From Thermoproteota archaeon (lineage in GTDB: Archaea > Korarchaeota > Korarchaeia > Korarchaeales > Korarchaeaceae), in assembly GCA_027491435.1 (NCBI GenBank), contig JAOZFG010000016.1, positions 1 through 23,965 of the forward strand: 23,965 nucleotides of DNA, given 5' to 3'. Below, one piece after another: positions 8,714-17,064 of the stretch. A program made the position numbers and the translations under genes. Positions within the stretch are counted from its first letter, which is position 1; each line of letters begins with the position of its first letter. The notes under the pieces were generated by a model. The model did no database searches. It was not told the DNA's origin and saw only the letters and a program-made list of their open reading frames with translations.

Positions 8714-8813
8714 CATTAACTAGGATAAAGATAACTTATTTAACTATAATCATGACATTTACCAATTGGTTAACCGCAACGTTTATAGAATCGGTCCTTC
8801 CTAGAGTAGTGGA

Positions 8814-8889
8814 AGCCCCGTGGTGTAGCGGCCAAGCACGCCGGGCTCTGGACCCGGAGACCCCGGTTCGAATCCGGGCGGGGCTACCA
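8814..8889 (+). tRNA. tRNA-Gln(CTG), encoded CCA
   Basis: Acceptor AGCCCCG/CGGGGCT, anticodon arm CCGGG-CTCTGGA-CCCGG, T-arm CCCGG-TTCGAAT-CCGGG. TATA-like TTTATA at 8782-8787. Confidence 0.96.
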
Positions 8890-8964
8890 CCTATTCTCCT
8901 TCTACTTTCAGAACGTTTATCCCGCTCTCCTTAAAACACTGCTCAAGCTAGGGATAAGAACCAG

Positions 8965-9041
8965 TGGCGGGCCCGGGGGGCTTCGAACCCCCGACCTCCC
9001 GGTTAAGAGCCGGGCGCTCTACCATACTGAGCTACGGGCCC
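8965..9041 (-). tRNA. tRNA-Lys(CTT), encoded CCA
   Basis: Reverse complement reads GGGCCCG TA GCTC AGTATGGTA GAGC G CCCGG CTCTTAA CCGGG AGGTC GGGGG TTCGAAG CCCCC CGGGCCC GCCA. Confidence 0.96.
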
Positions 9042-9082
9042 TGTCTAGAAATGGGGGTATGGGATTAAAAAAGTTTATGTTC

Positions 9083-10216
9083 CTAACTGGAGGCCAATTC
9101 CACAGCCGTCTTCACGGCTTCCATAGCCTTTTCAGTGGCCTTAACCCCTATACTAGCCAGTATATCCTTTCCCTCTGGCGCCCTGTTTCCAGACATCCTC
9201 ACCACTATGGGTACCTTAATGAGCCCTTCCTCGTAGACTTCCTTCACCCCGTTAGCCACGTCGACACAGCTGGTTATCCCACATAACGTATTTATCAGTA
9301 TCACTTTGACGTTGGGGTTTTTCAGTATTATCCTGAGGGCATTGGCCACTTGACCAGCGCTAGCCCCACCTCCTACATCGCAGAAGTTGGCCGGTTCACC
9401 CCCTGCGAACTTAACTAGGTCCATGGTAGCCATGGCCAGGCCAGCTCCGTTGGCCATTGTCCCTATATTACCACCTAACTCAACGTAAGCTATGCTCAGC
9501 TTAGCGGCCTCCGATTCCCTAGGGTTCTCCTTCTCGTAAACCTTCTTCTCAAATTCCTTATGCCTGTAAAGGGCGTTGTCATCCACCTCTATTCTGGCGT
9601 CTAGAGCCAGGACCTTACCGTCCTTAGTTATGACTAGGGGGTTGATCTCTATCATCATGGCGTCATATTCCTCTGCCACCTTCCACAATGACATTATGAC
9701 TGATTGGATCTCCTTCAACTTATCTGGGTAGTTCTTAGCGGCGTTCTTGGCCAACTTCCTGGCTATATAAGGTACCATCCCTATTAGAGGTTCAACCGAA
9801 GCTTTGACAATGGACTCAGGATGCTGAGCGGCCACCTCCTCGACGTCCATGCCCCCATAAGGGGAGGTCAGGAAGGTCATGCTCCTAGACTCCCTATCCA
9901 CTATCCCTCCCACGTAAATCTCGGTAAGGGCTTCCACTGGCTCCTCAACCAAAAGGGACTCCGGTTTATACCCGTAAAAGGTCTTTGAGAATAACTCTTT
10001 AGCTACCTCTAGCGCCTCCTCAGGTGAGTTGACTAGCCTTATACCTCCAGCCTTACCTCTCTGACCGTGAGGGATCTGAATCTTGAGGACTCCACGTCCC
10101 CCTAACTTTTCGACTATGTTAGATGCTTCCTCGGGCGTGTACGCTAACTCTCCTCTCGGTATGGGTACTCCCTTACTGGCTAAGGCTAACTTGGATTCAC
10201 CTTCGAGTAGCCTCAT
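9083..10216 (-). CDS. sucC: Succinyl-CoA synthetase (ADP-forming) beta subunit family
   Basis: RGKAGG, GGMDVEE, EINPL, DDNALYRH, NGAGLAMATMD and PANFCDVGGGA. Confidence 0.9.
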   Translation of the reverse strand: MRLLEGESKLALASKGVPIPRGELAYTPEEASNIVEKLGGRGVLKIQIPHGQRGKAGGIRLVNSPEEALEVAKELFSKTFYGYKPESLLVEEPVEALTEIYVGGIVDRESRSMTFLTSPYGGMDVEEVAAQHPESIVKASVEPLIGMVPYIARKLAKNAAKNYPDKLKEIQSVIMSLWKVAEEYDAMMIEINPLVITKDGKVLALDARIEVDDNALYRHKEFEKKVYEKENPRESEAAKLSIAYVELGGNIGTMANGAGLAMATMDLVKFAGGEPANFCDVGGGASAGQVANALRIILKNPNVKVILINTLCGITSCVDVANGVKEVYEEGLIKVPIVVRMSGNRAPEGKDILASIGVKATEKAMEAVKTAVELASS

Positions 10217-10276
10217 AGGTGATCCCTTAACATGTCAAATTTTAATGATTCCACCAGACCATGACAGGGTGTTCCT

Positions 10277-11158
10277 ATGGCAATACTCGTAGATGAAGAC
10301 TTCAAGGTCTTGGTCCAGGGGATAACTGGGAGGCAGGGTAGGCTGCACACGGAGCTTATGTTGAAGTACGGGACCAACATAGTGGCCGGCGTGACCCCAG
10401 GAAAGGGAGGCCAGGAAGTCCTTGGTGTACCGGTCTTCGACAGTGTGGAGGAGGCCAAAGAGGAGGTAGGGCGTGTAGACGCTTCTATAATATTTGTGCC
10501 AGCCCCCTTCGCCTTCGACGCAGTTATAGAATCCGTGAACAACAGCATTCCCTTAGTAGTGGTCATAACCGAGCACATACCCGTTCACGACACCGCCAGG
10601 TTCGTCAGGTATGCTAAGCTAAACGGCACCGTAATCATAGGGCCCAACACCCCCGGAATAATAGCCCCCTCTAAAAAGGTTAAGATAGGGATAATGCCCG
10701 CTGACGCCTTCACGCCCGGCAATGTTGGAATAGTTTCCAGGAGTGGGACACTAACTTACGAGATCTCAATCTCCCTGATGGAGGAGGGCTTCGGGTCGAG
10801 CACCACTTTAGGGCTCGGAGGAGATCCCATCACTGGGCTTAACTTCATAGAAGTGCTGGAGATGTTCAAGGAAGATCCGGAGACAGAAGCGGTAGTCCTG
10901 GTAGGGGAGATCGGGGGAAACGCCGAGGAGAAGGCCGCCCAGTACGTGATGGAGACGGAATATCCAAAACCCATCGTGGCTTATGTGGCCGGGAGGACTG
11001 CCCCTCCAGGCAAGAGGATGGGGCATGCCGGCGCCATAATAACCGGAGGGATGGGGACCGTGGAGAGCAAGGAGAAGGCGTTCAAGGAGGCCGGCATACC
11101 CGTGGCGAAAACCCCGTTTGAGGTGGCCAAACTGGTCAAGGAATCCCTCAGGAAGTAG
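10277..11158 (+). CDS. sucD: Succinyl-CoA synthetase alpha subunit
   Basis: [44 protein letters not shown] and the phospho-His motif RMGHAGA. Confidence 0.95.
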   Translation: MAILVDEDFKVLVQGITGRQGRLHTELMLKYGTNIVAGVTPGKGGQEVLGVPVFDSVEEAKEEVGRVDASIIFVPAPFAFDAVIESVNNSIPLVVVITEHIPVHDTARFVRYAKLNGTVIIGPNTPGIIAPSKKVKIGIMPADAFTPGNVGIVSRSGTLTYEISISLMEEGFGSSTTLGLGGDPITGLNFIEVLEMFKEDPETEAVVLVGEIGGNAEEKAAQYVMETEYPKPIVAYVAGRTAPPGKRMGHAGAIITGGMGTVESKEKAFKEAGIPVAKTPFEVAKLVKESLRK

Positions 11159-11375
11159 GGGGCTCCCCCTTCTCGTCCTCTTTAACCTTCCTGACCAACC
11201 TGTAGAAGGTGTATCCCCCGTGGGAGAAGCTTTCAACGACGCCTTCGCTTATCATCTGATCTAGAACCCTCTTAACCTGTGTGTAACTTGAGTTGAGCTC
11301 TTTTATCAGCTGCCTAATGTGCAGGACTCCCCTCTCCTTGAGTAGGCTGATGACCCTTTCCCTCATGTCGTCCAT
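11148..11375 (-). CDS. Small winged-helix DNA-binding protein
   Basis: HTH-like [34 protein letters not shown] followed by wing [16 protein letters not shown]. Divergent from rpl40e. Confidence 0.7.
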   Translation of the reverse strand: MDDMRERVISLLKERGVLHIRQLIKELNSSYTQVKRVLDQMISEGVVESFSHGGYTFYRLVRKVKEDEKGEPPTS

Positions 11376-11450
11376 AGTTACCCGGTAATTGAGCTTCCCC
11401 TACATAAAATTTTATCAATGGGTTGGTGAGGCTAGATCTGGGGAGAGGAA

Positions 11451-11615
11451 ATGCCCATAGAGGATCCGTTCAAAAGGAGTATAGCCATGAAGGCCCTGCT
11501 AGGATATAAGATATGCAGGAAGTGCGGCGCCAGGAATCCCTTGTCGGCCACTAAGTGTAGGAGGTGTAAGAGTAAGAACCTGAGGCTCAAGAAGACGAAG
11601 CTCGTCAGGAAGTGA
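11451..11615 (+). CDS. rpl40e: 50S ribosomal protein L40e (not in the supplied ORF track)
   Basis: Translated by hand: MPIEDPFKRSIAMKALLGYKICRKCGARNPLSATKCRRCKSKNLRLKKTKLVRK. The KICRKCGARNP..ATKCRRC zinc motif is diagnostic. Confidence 0.95.
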   Translation: MPIEDPFKRSIAMKALLGYKICRKCGARNPLSATKCRRCKSKNLRLKKTKLVRK

Positions 11616-11616
11616 T

Positions 11617-11622
11617 GAGGTG
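11617..11622 (+). promoter_or_regulatory. Shine-Dalgarno GAGGTG, 5 nt before ATG 11628
   Basis: Same GGTG-N5-ATG geometry as GGGPS (7976), sucD (10277), EF-1beta (12970) and rps15 (19314). Confidence 0.65.
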
Positions 11623-11627
11623 TTCTC

Positions 11628-12701
11628 ATGAGCGGGCCCGTGGCTCAGCATGGATTAGAGCGCCGGCCTGCGGAGCCGGAGGTCGGGGGTTCAAGTCCCC
11701 CCGGGCCCGCTTTACTTCTTCTGGTCCTCCTGATAATCCCCACATTTCAAGTGAGCGGACAAGGGCCTGTCTTCGACGCAGTAATAGTTAGGGGGGATAT
11801 ATACCCAGACTGGCTGATAGCGAGCGCTTACGCAGTGACTCACAAGATGTGGGTCATACACCTAACCTCCTACAACGAGCAGGACGTCCTGAAGATGCTT
11901 GAAGGGCTTAAATCGTACAAAAAGGAGGTGCAGGTTCTTATAGTGGGGGCACCAAACGCTGTCTCCCTGGACTTCGAGGGGAAGCTGAGAAGTCTGGGAA
12001 TAATGGTGAGCAGGATAGGCGGGGCCACTAGGTACGATACCTCCTTACTCTTGGCCATAAACTTCTGGCGAGATTGTAAGAAGGTGGTGCTGGCCAACGG
12101 CTTGAGGGTAGACCAGTACATGATGGCCCTGTCCATGGCCCTCAAGGAGAAAGCCCCCATAATCTTCACTAACAATGGGAAACCCCCGGAGGGATTCTAT
12201 CAAGCGCTAGAGGTCCACCTCAAGGAAGTAGAGGAGATTTTGGTGGTGGGAGATAGCCTCTCACCCATAGATAGGGACAAGCTGTTGGACAAAGGGTATA
12301 AAGTCTCTAAGGTGGAAGGGAACCACGAGGTAAAGATAGTGGAGAGCTGGTCCTGGCAATACACTTTAAGGAGCCTTGTAAACCCCTATTCCTTGGCAAT
12401 AGGCCTCCTGATAGGGATAGTGGCCGGATTCACGCTTTCCAAGGTTAGGGGCAAACAAACTCCATCAGTGGACATAAGCGAGTTCCTCACGGTGGATGAG
12501 AGGAAGGTTGTGGAGCTGATAAGGGAGAGGGGCAAGCTCACCCAAGATGAACTGCCAGAGCTGACCGGGTTCAGCAAGCCAAAGGTGAGCAGGTTGATAA
12601 AGGACCTAGTAGATAGGAACATAGTTACCAGGAAGAAGTCAGGCAAGACCTACGTGTTGAGGCTATCGGAGAGGTTCAGAGAGACTGTAAGCGTCGAGTA
12701 G
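11628..12701 (+). CDS. Predicted membrane-anchored regulator: signal peptide, cell-wall-binding-2-like region, TM helix, C-terminal wHTH
   Basis: h-region [12 protein letters not shown]2-like IVGAPNAVS and [34 protein letters not shown], and w[15 protein letters not shown]...[23 protein letters not shown]. The start position is uncertain because it overlaps the tRNA. Confidence 0.8.
   Translation: MSGPVAQHGLERRPAEPEVGGSSPPGPALLLLVLLIIPTFQVSGQGPVFDAVIVRGDIYPDWLIASAYAVTHKMWVIHLTSYNEQDVLKMLEGLKSYKKEVQVLIVGAPNAVSLDFEGKLRSLGIMVSRIGGATRYDTSLLLAINFWRDCKKVVLANGLRVDQYMMALSMALKEKAPIIFTNNGKPPEGFYQALEVHLKEVEEILVVGDSLSPIDRDKLLDKGYKVSKVEGNHEVKIVESWSWQYTLRSLVNPYSLAIGLLIGIVAGFTLSKVRGKQTPSVDISEFLTVDERKVVELIRERGKLTQDELPELTGFSKPKVSRLIKDLVDRNIVTRKKSGKTYVLRLSERFRETVSVE
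11634..11709 (+). tRNA. tRNA-Arg(GCG), CCA not encoded; nested in CDS 11628..12701
   Basis: GGGCCCG TG GCTC AGCATGGATTA GAGC G CCGGC CTGCGGA GCCGG AGGTC GGGGG TTCAAGT CCCCC CGGGCCC G. All stems are fully paired. Confidence 0.95.
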
Positions 12702-12753
12702 TGAGTCAATTTTAAATAACAGAGGGGGAACCCTGAACGGGAGGTCGGTAGGG

Positions 12754-12960
12754 TTGTCAAGCGATCTGCTGGTGTTCCAGCTAGTGCCCCCAGGTGAAGA
12801 GCTGTACTGTACCTCGTGTGGCAGAAGGGTGTCCTACGAGAAGGGGGTAGTCGTGTTCAAATGCCCCAACTGTGGCGAGGCCATCATAGTCAGGTGCAAC
12901 ACCTGTAGGAAACAATCTAACGAGTACGTCTGCCCCAACTGCGGGTTCGTCGGCCCATGA
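12754..12960 (+). CDS. Zn-ribbon RNA-binding protein (DUF1610/COG2888, HVO_2753-like)
   Basis: CTSCG...[33 protein letters not shown], in the conserved position upstream of EF-1beta. Confidence 0.9.
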   Translation: MSSDLLVFQLVPPGEELYCTSCGRRVSYEKGVVVFKCPNCGEAIIVRCNTCRKQSNEYVCPNCGFVGP

Positions 12961-12969
12961 GGTGATTTT

Positions 12970-13239
12970 ATGGCAGAGATAGTGTCCTTTTACAGGCTCC
13001 TCTTGGACGGCAGCGTTCCCGCCGAGAAGGTAATTCAGGAGATAGGGGATAAGCTCAAAGAGATTTCCGGAAAAATAGAGGACCACAAGGAGGAGCCCAT
13101 AGGCTTCGGGATAAATGCCCTTAAGCTAATGATCGTGACTCCAGAGGAGGACGGCATCACCGACAAGATAGCTAACATACTGGAATCGTTACAAGGGGTA
13201 AGCAACGTGGAGCTTGAAATGGTGAGCAGGAGGGGCTGA
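12970..13239 (+). CDS. ef1b: Translation elongation factor EF-1beta
   Basis: EEPIGFGINALKL motif, 89 aa, SD GAGGTG. Confidence 0.92.
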   Translation: MAEIVSFYRLLLDGSVPAEKVIQEIGDKLKEISGKIEDHKEEPIGFGINALKLMIVTPEEDGITDKIANILESLQGVSNVELEMVSRRG

Positions 13240-13240
13240 G

Positions 13241-13489
13241 TTGTCCAAGAATTATCCCCTCCTTTATGCGGTCTACGAGGTCCTCAGGAAAAAGTCCCCG
13301 ATAACTGACAGGGAGCTAATTGACGAGGTGACATCCATATATCCAGGGGCGTCCCTCTCTCAGGTTGAGGAGGCCCTGTTAAAGTTAGAGGTGCTCGGTA
13401 AGATAGTGGTGACACATACTGGGAAAAAGAGGGATCTTAGAATAGAGCTAGCCGAGGGAAGGGCCTTCCTATCGCCTGACGAGGAGTGA
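13241..13489 (+). CDS. Small hypothetical protein, winged-helix-like
   Basis: Starts 1 nt after the ef1b stop. ITDRELIDEV...LSQVEEALLKLEVLGKIVV fits a wHTH pattern. Its stop abuts the FEN1 stop. Confidence 0.65.
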   Translation: MSKNYPLLYAVYEVLRKKSPITDRELIDEVTSIYPGASLSQVEEALLKLEVLGKIVVTHTGKKRDLRIELAEGRAFLSPDEE

Positions 13490-14518
13490 TTAGAACCAGG
13501 CCTCCAAGCTACCTGCTGACAACCTCTTGTAAGCCTCTTCCACCTGTTTCACAACCTTCTCAACCCTTGACCTAGAGAACTCATGTCCCCTGACCATGAA
13601 GTCTATGAGCTCATCGCTTTTTGGCTTCTTCAGTTTCACGCTGTATTCCTCTGTGACCGGGGGGCTCATGAAGAACTCGAATATCCTCACGGGGTCTATA
13701 TTGAACTCCCACTCCACCCTAGAGAAAACCTTTAGGGGATCGTCCCTGTACTTCTTAACTATCTCCAAGGCCCTCTTAGGTCCTATTCCCTTAACACCAC
13801 CGGGGTTATAGTCGGTTCCCACGAGGATTCCCAAAACTACAAGTTGCTCCCTAGTTATTCCCAGTTCTTTGAGCACCTGGTTGAGCTCTATGATCTCAGG
13901 CCTCACCTCAACGTAAACGGGTTTGCCGGGAAGCTTCCTCTTACCCGTTATAGTTAGGTTCCTGACAAGCCTAGGGGAGCCGAACATCAACGAATCGTAG
14001 TCCTGGGAGCCAACCGCCCACACGTCCCCCCTCTTACACATGTAAGCCGCTTGAGCCTCACCCTCGCTGGGGGCCTGAACTACGGGAACTCCCATCAGCT
14101 CCAGGATTTTCTTGGCATCTTCGACCATCTCATCCGTCAGGTTAAGGGCCGCTTGAGCATACTTCCTGGCTTCCTCTAGATCGCCAGCCTCCAAGCTTTC
14201 CAACCACTTCCTCTCCGCCTCTTCCCTAACCTTCAGCCTCTCCATCACCGTCTCCATTTTGAACTCCGGCTTTTCCCCGTCAAAGACGTAAACGGGGATT
14301 ATGCCCTTCTCCAACAGGTTGGCAGTCCTGTAGAATACCCCTGAGTGTACGCTGGTGATCTCCCCCCAACTCGTCATGAGGGGTGTGCCGTCTGGTTGCC
14401 TTATCTTGGCTAGGAACTGGTACATGGCGTTGAAAGCGTCAACAGCTATGGTCTTACCGGCCAGATCCTCTAGATCAACCTCCTTACTCCTCACGAGCTC
14501 CTTTAGTTTGACTCCCAT
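13490..14518 (-). CDS. fen: Flap endonuclease 1
   Basis: MGV start, AVDAFN, QFLAKIRQPDGTPL, VFDG, APSEGEAQAA, SQDYDSL, GTDYNPGGVKGIGPK and a C-terminal PIP-like SLEAWF. Confidence 0.97.
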   Translation of the reverse strand: MGVKLKELVRSKEVDLEDLAGKTIAVDAFNAMYQFLAKIRQPDGTPLMTSWGEITSVHSGVFYRTANLLEKGIIPVYVFDGEKPEFKMETVMERLKVREEAERKWLESLEAGDLEEARKYAQAALNLTDEMVEDAKKILELMGVPVVQAPSEGEAQAAYMCKRGDVWAVGSQDYDSLMFGSPRLVRNLTITGKRKLPGKPVYVEVRPEIIELNQVLKELGITREQLVVLGILVGTDYNPGGVKGIGPKRALEIVKKYRDDPLKVFSRVEWEFNIDPVRIFEFFMSPPVTEEYSVKLKKPKSDELIDFMVRGHEFSRSRVEKVVKQVEEAYKRLSAGSLEAWF

Positions 14519-14558
14519 CGGTCAGGATATTAAAGGAAACAATATACCATTTTCGGTG

Positions 14559-15638
14559 ATGAAGGTAGCCATCGTAGGACCGTACTACCCGCAGGTAGGA
14601 GGGGTACAAGTATACAGCACGATGTTGGCCATAGAGCTACTGAGAAGGGGGTTTAGCGTCACCGTGGTGAGCTACTCCAACGCCCAGCCCTATTCAAAGG
14701 AGAAGTTGGTTAGGGTAAGGACCCCTGGCATAAAAATTGTCAGGGGACTCTCCTTCATACTAGGGGCATCTCTTCACCTAGAGAGCTTCGACGTAGTGTT
14801 GGCCCAGTACGCTACCACCTCTGGTACTGCCGCGTTCCTCGCTAAAATGCTTCAAAGGGCTAAAGGGAGAGATCTAAAGTACCTGGTAACCTTTCACGGG
14901 AGCGACGCCAACCCTTGGTTGCTAAGCCCCATCTGGAAGGCGCTGGTTAAGTCTGTTGGGAAGTCCTCGGCAGGGGTCATAACCGTAAGCCATTACTTGA
15001 AGGAGGTGCTACAAAGGATAGGTTTAGAGGTGAAGGAGGTAATCCCTGGAGGGATAAACCGGGAAATCTACTCAAAGCTCCCTGACAAGGAGGGGGCTAG
15101 AAGGGAGTTAGGACTGGGGGAGGGTCCCCTGATCATCTCAGCTGGATCTTTGAAGAGGCCCAAGAGGTTCGACCTGATACCTGAGATAGCCTCCAAGGTT
15201 GAAGCCACATTCTTAGTGTTGGGAGAAGGTCCCATGAGAAGGTTAATAGAGGAGAAAGCCTCCGAGCTCGGAGTTAAAGATAGGGTGAAGTTGGTGGGCA
15301 AGGTCCGCTATGAGAACGTTCCCCTGTATTACAGGGCTGCCGACATCTTACTACACCCAGTTGAGAGGGAAGGCTATGGGTTGGTGGCCATGGAGGCCCT
15401 GGCGGCAGGAACTCCCGTTGTGGCTTCTAAGGTCGGCGGGATACCTGAGGTTGTGGAGGACGGGGTTACGGGCTACCTGGTAGATCCTAAAGAGGGCGCT
15501 GAAGCCTTTTCTGATCGGCTGCTGAAACTGTTGAGCGATGAGAGGCTCGTGAAGAGGTTCGGAGAGGAAGGTAGAAGGCGTTACCTTAACAGGGACTGGG
15601 GAGTAGTGGCAGAAAGCTACGTTCGGGTGATCTCATGA
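14559..15638 (+). CDS. GT4 (GT-B) family glycosyltransferase
   Basis: MKVAIVGPYYPQVGG, TFHGSD and EGYGLVAMEALAAGTPVVASKVGGIPEVV. Start trimmed to ATG 14559 to avoid overlap with fen. Confidence 0.92.
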   Translation: MKVAIVGPYYPQVGGVQVYSTMLAIELLRRGFSVTVVSYSNAQPYSKEKLVRVRTPGIKIVRGLSFILGASLHLESFDVVLAQYATTSGTAAFLAKMLQRAKGRDLKYLVTFHGSDANPWLLSPIWKALVKSVGKSSAGVITVSHYLKEVLQRIGLEVKEVIPGGINREIYSKLPDKEGARRELGLGEGPLIISAGSLKRPKRFDLIPEIASKVEATFLVLGEGPMRRLIEEKASELGVKDRVKLVGKVRYENVPLYYRAADILLHPVEREGYGLVAMEALAAGTPVVASKVGGIPEVVEDGVTGYLVDPKEGAEAFSDRLLKLLSDERLVKRFGEEGRRRYLNRDWGVVAESYVRVIS

Positions 15639-15991
15639 GGTATAAACAGGTAATAGTGGTGAGGAAGGATCTGAAAATATCTTGCGGCAAAATGGCGGCT
15701 CAAGTGGCTCACGCATCCCTGGAAGCCGCTGAGCTCGTGAAGAACAGAGACCATAAACTCTACAGGGGATGGAAGCAAGAGGGGGCTAAGAAGGTGGTCC
15801 TCTCGGTTGAAAGTGAGGGAGAGCTCTTCGAAGTTTACAGGAGGGCTCAAGAGCTTGGAATACCCTCGGTGCTCATAAGGGACGCCGGCCTAACCGAGGT
15901 GCCCCCAGGAACTCCTACCGCCGTAGGCATAGGCCCGGACAAGGAAGAGAGGATAGACAGGGTTACTGGGAGGCTGAAGCTGTACAAGTGA
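15635..15991 (+). CDS. pth2: Peptidyl-tRNA hydrolase Pth2
   Basis: KQVIVVRKDL, GKMAAQVAHAS, KKVVL and DAGLTEVPPGTPTAVGIGP. Confidence 0.96.
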   Translation: MRYKQVIVVRKDLKISCGKMAAQVAHASLEAAELVKNRDHKLYRGWKQEGAKKVVLSVESEGELFEVYRRAQELGIPSVLIRDAGLTEVPPGTPTAVGIGPDKEERIDRVTGRLKLYK

Positions 15992-17064
15992 GGCCGCCTG
16001 AGGTTGACCTAGACTTGGGAATGCTAGCTTACCTGACCGAAGGGCCTACCTTAACTGGTAGGCTCAGGGAGAAGCCGTCGGACTTCGTGGTGGATGAGGT
16101 TCTGGAGGGGGTAAGGGCCAGCGTCTCCCTAAGGGAGGGGTTCGGCGCAAGCCAGGGGAGGTACGTCTTGCTGGCGGCTGTGAGGATAGGGAAGGACACT
16201 CTTTCTATGGCCTCGATCATCTCCAAGCACTACAAGGACGTCAGGTACTCCGGACTCAAAGATAAGAGGTCAGTGGCCTTCCAATACTTTACAGCTAGAG
16301 GAGCTGAGAGGGAGATAAGGGGAAGGGGCTTCTTGGTTAAACCCGTGGGCAGGAGGAGGCTGCCTCTGCGTAGGGGGGAGAACGACGGCAACTGGTTTTA
16401 CGTAAGGATAAGAGGGGTAAGCGAGGTCAACCTCCCACCTAAATTCCCCAACTTCTTCTCCTACCAGAGGTTCGGGGTGAAAAGGCCCTATAATCACGAG
16501 ATAGGGAGGGCCCTGGTCAGGAGGGAGTTCAAGGAGGCAGTAGAGATGATTAAGCAGCAGGGACACTTGGGAGAGGCGGGGCCCAACCTTCAATCCATAG
16601 TATCGGCTATAGGCAAGGGCCTAACGAGGCTTTACGTCCACTCATATCAATCCTATTTGTTCAACATCTTGCTCTCTAAGAGGCTGGAGGAAGGGCTCAC
16701 TTTAAGGGAAGGGGACTACGTGCTGAAGGAAGGCTGGATCCTGACACATCCTGAGGAGGGGGACCTCCTGCTACCAATTCCAGGCGGCTTCACCAGGACC
16801 TTGGGCGGGTGGCTGGAGGCTACGTTGAACTCCCTGCTAAGGGAGGAAGGGGTCAAGCTTAGGGACTTCCTTTTCAAGGAGGTTCCTGACGTGAGCGGCT
16901 TCGGAGACTTCAGAAGGGCCTTAGAGGTTCCTAGGGGGTTGAAGGTCTTCAAGGTTGAGGACGGATTCATCCTCTCCTTCTTCTTGTCATCCGGCGCGTA
17001 CGCGACCTCTCTCCTCAGGGAAGTTCTGAAACCCCAAGATCCCCTCTCCCAAGGCTTCCTCTAA
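15988..17064 (+). CDS. truD: tRNA pseudouridine-13 synthase TruD
   Basis: DFVVDE, catalytic SGLKDKRS, FPNFFSYQRFG, HSYQSYLFN and GAYATSLLRE. Confidence 0.93.
   Translation: MRPPEVDLDLGMLAYLTEGPTLTGRLREKPSDFVVDEVLEGVRASVSLREGFGASQGRYVLLAAVRIGKDTLSMASIISKHYKDVRYSGLKDKRSVAFQYFTARGAEREIRGRGFLVKPVGRRRLPLRRGENDGNWFYVRIRGVSEVNLPPKFPNFFSYQRFGVKRPYNHEIGRALVRREFKEAVEMIKQQGHLGEAGPNLQSIVSAIGKGLTRLYVHSYQSYLFNILLSKRLEEGLTLREGDYVLKEGWILTHPEEGDLLLPIPGGFTRTLGGWLEATLNSLLREEGVKLRDFLFKEVPDVSGFGDFRRALEVPRGLKVFKVEDGFILSFFLSSGAYATSLLREVLKPQDPLSQGFL

Noticed and set aside
8710-8934. 74-aa ORF reading through tRNA-Gln
   Set aside because: No recognisable domain, spans the tRNA promoter and ends soon after the tRNA. 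It is a useful reminder that tRNAs can be stop-free by chance.
11432-11629. 65-aa minus-strand ORF
   Set aside because: Antisense shadow of rpl40e.
11612-11631. Possible L7Ae K-turn (GTGATGA...ATGA) at the rpl40e stop
   Set aside because: Flanking canonical stem does not pair; tandem stop codons plus the SD explain the sequence.
14355-14558. N-terminal extension of the glycosyltransferase ORF
   Set aside because: Antisense to fen; the family N-terminus begins at MKVAIV (14559).
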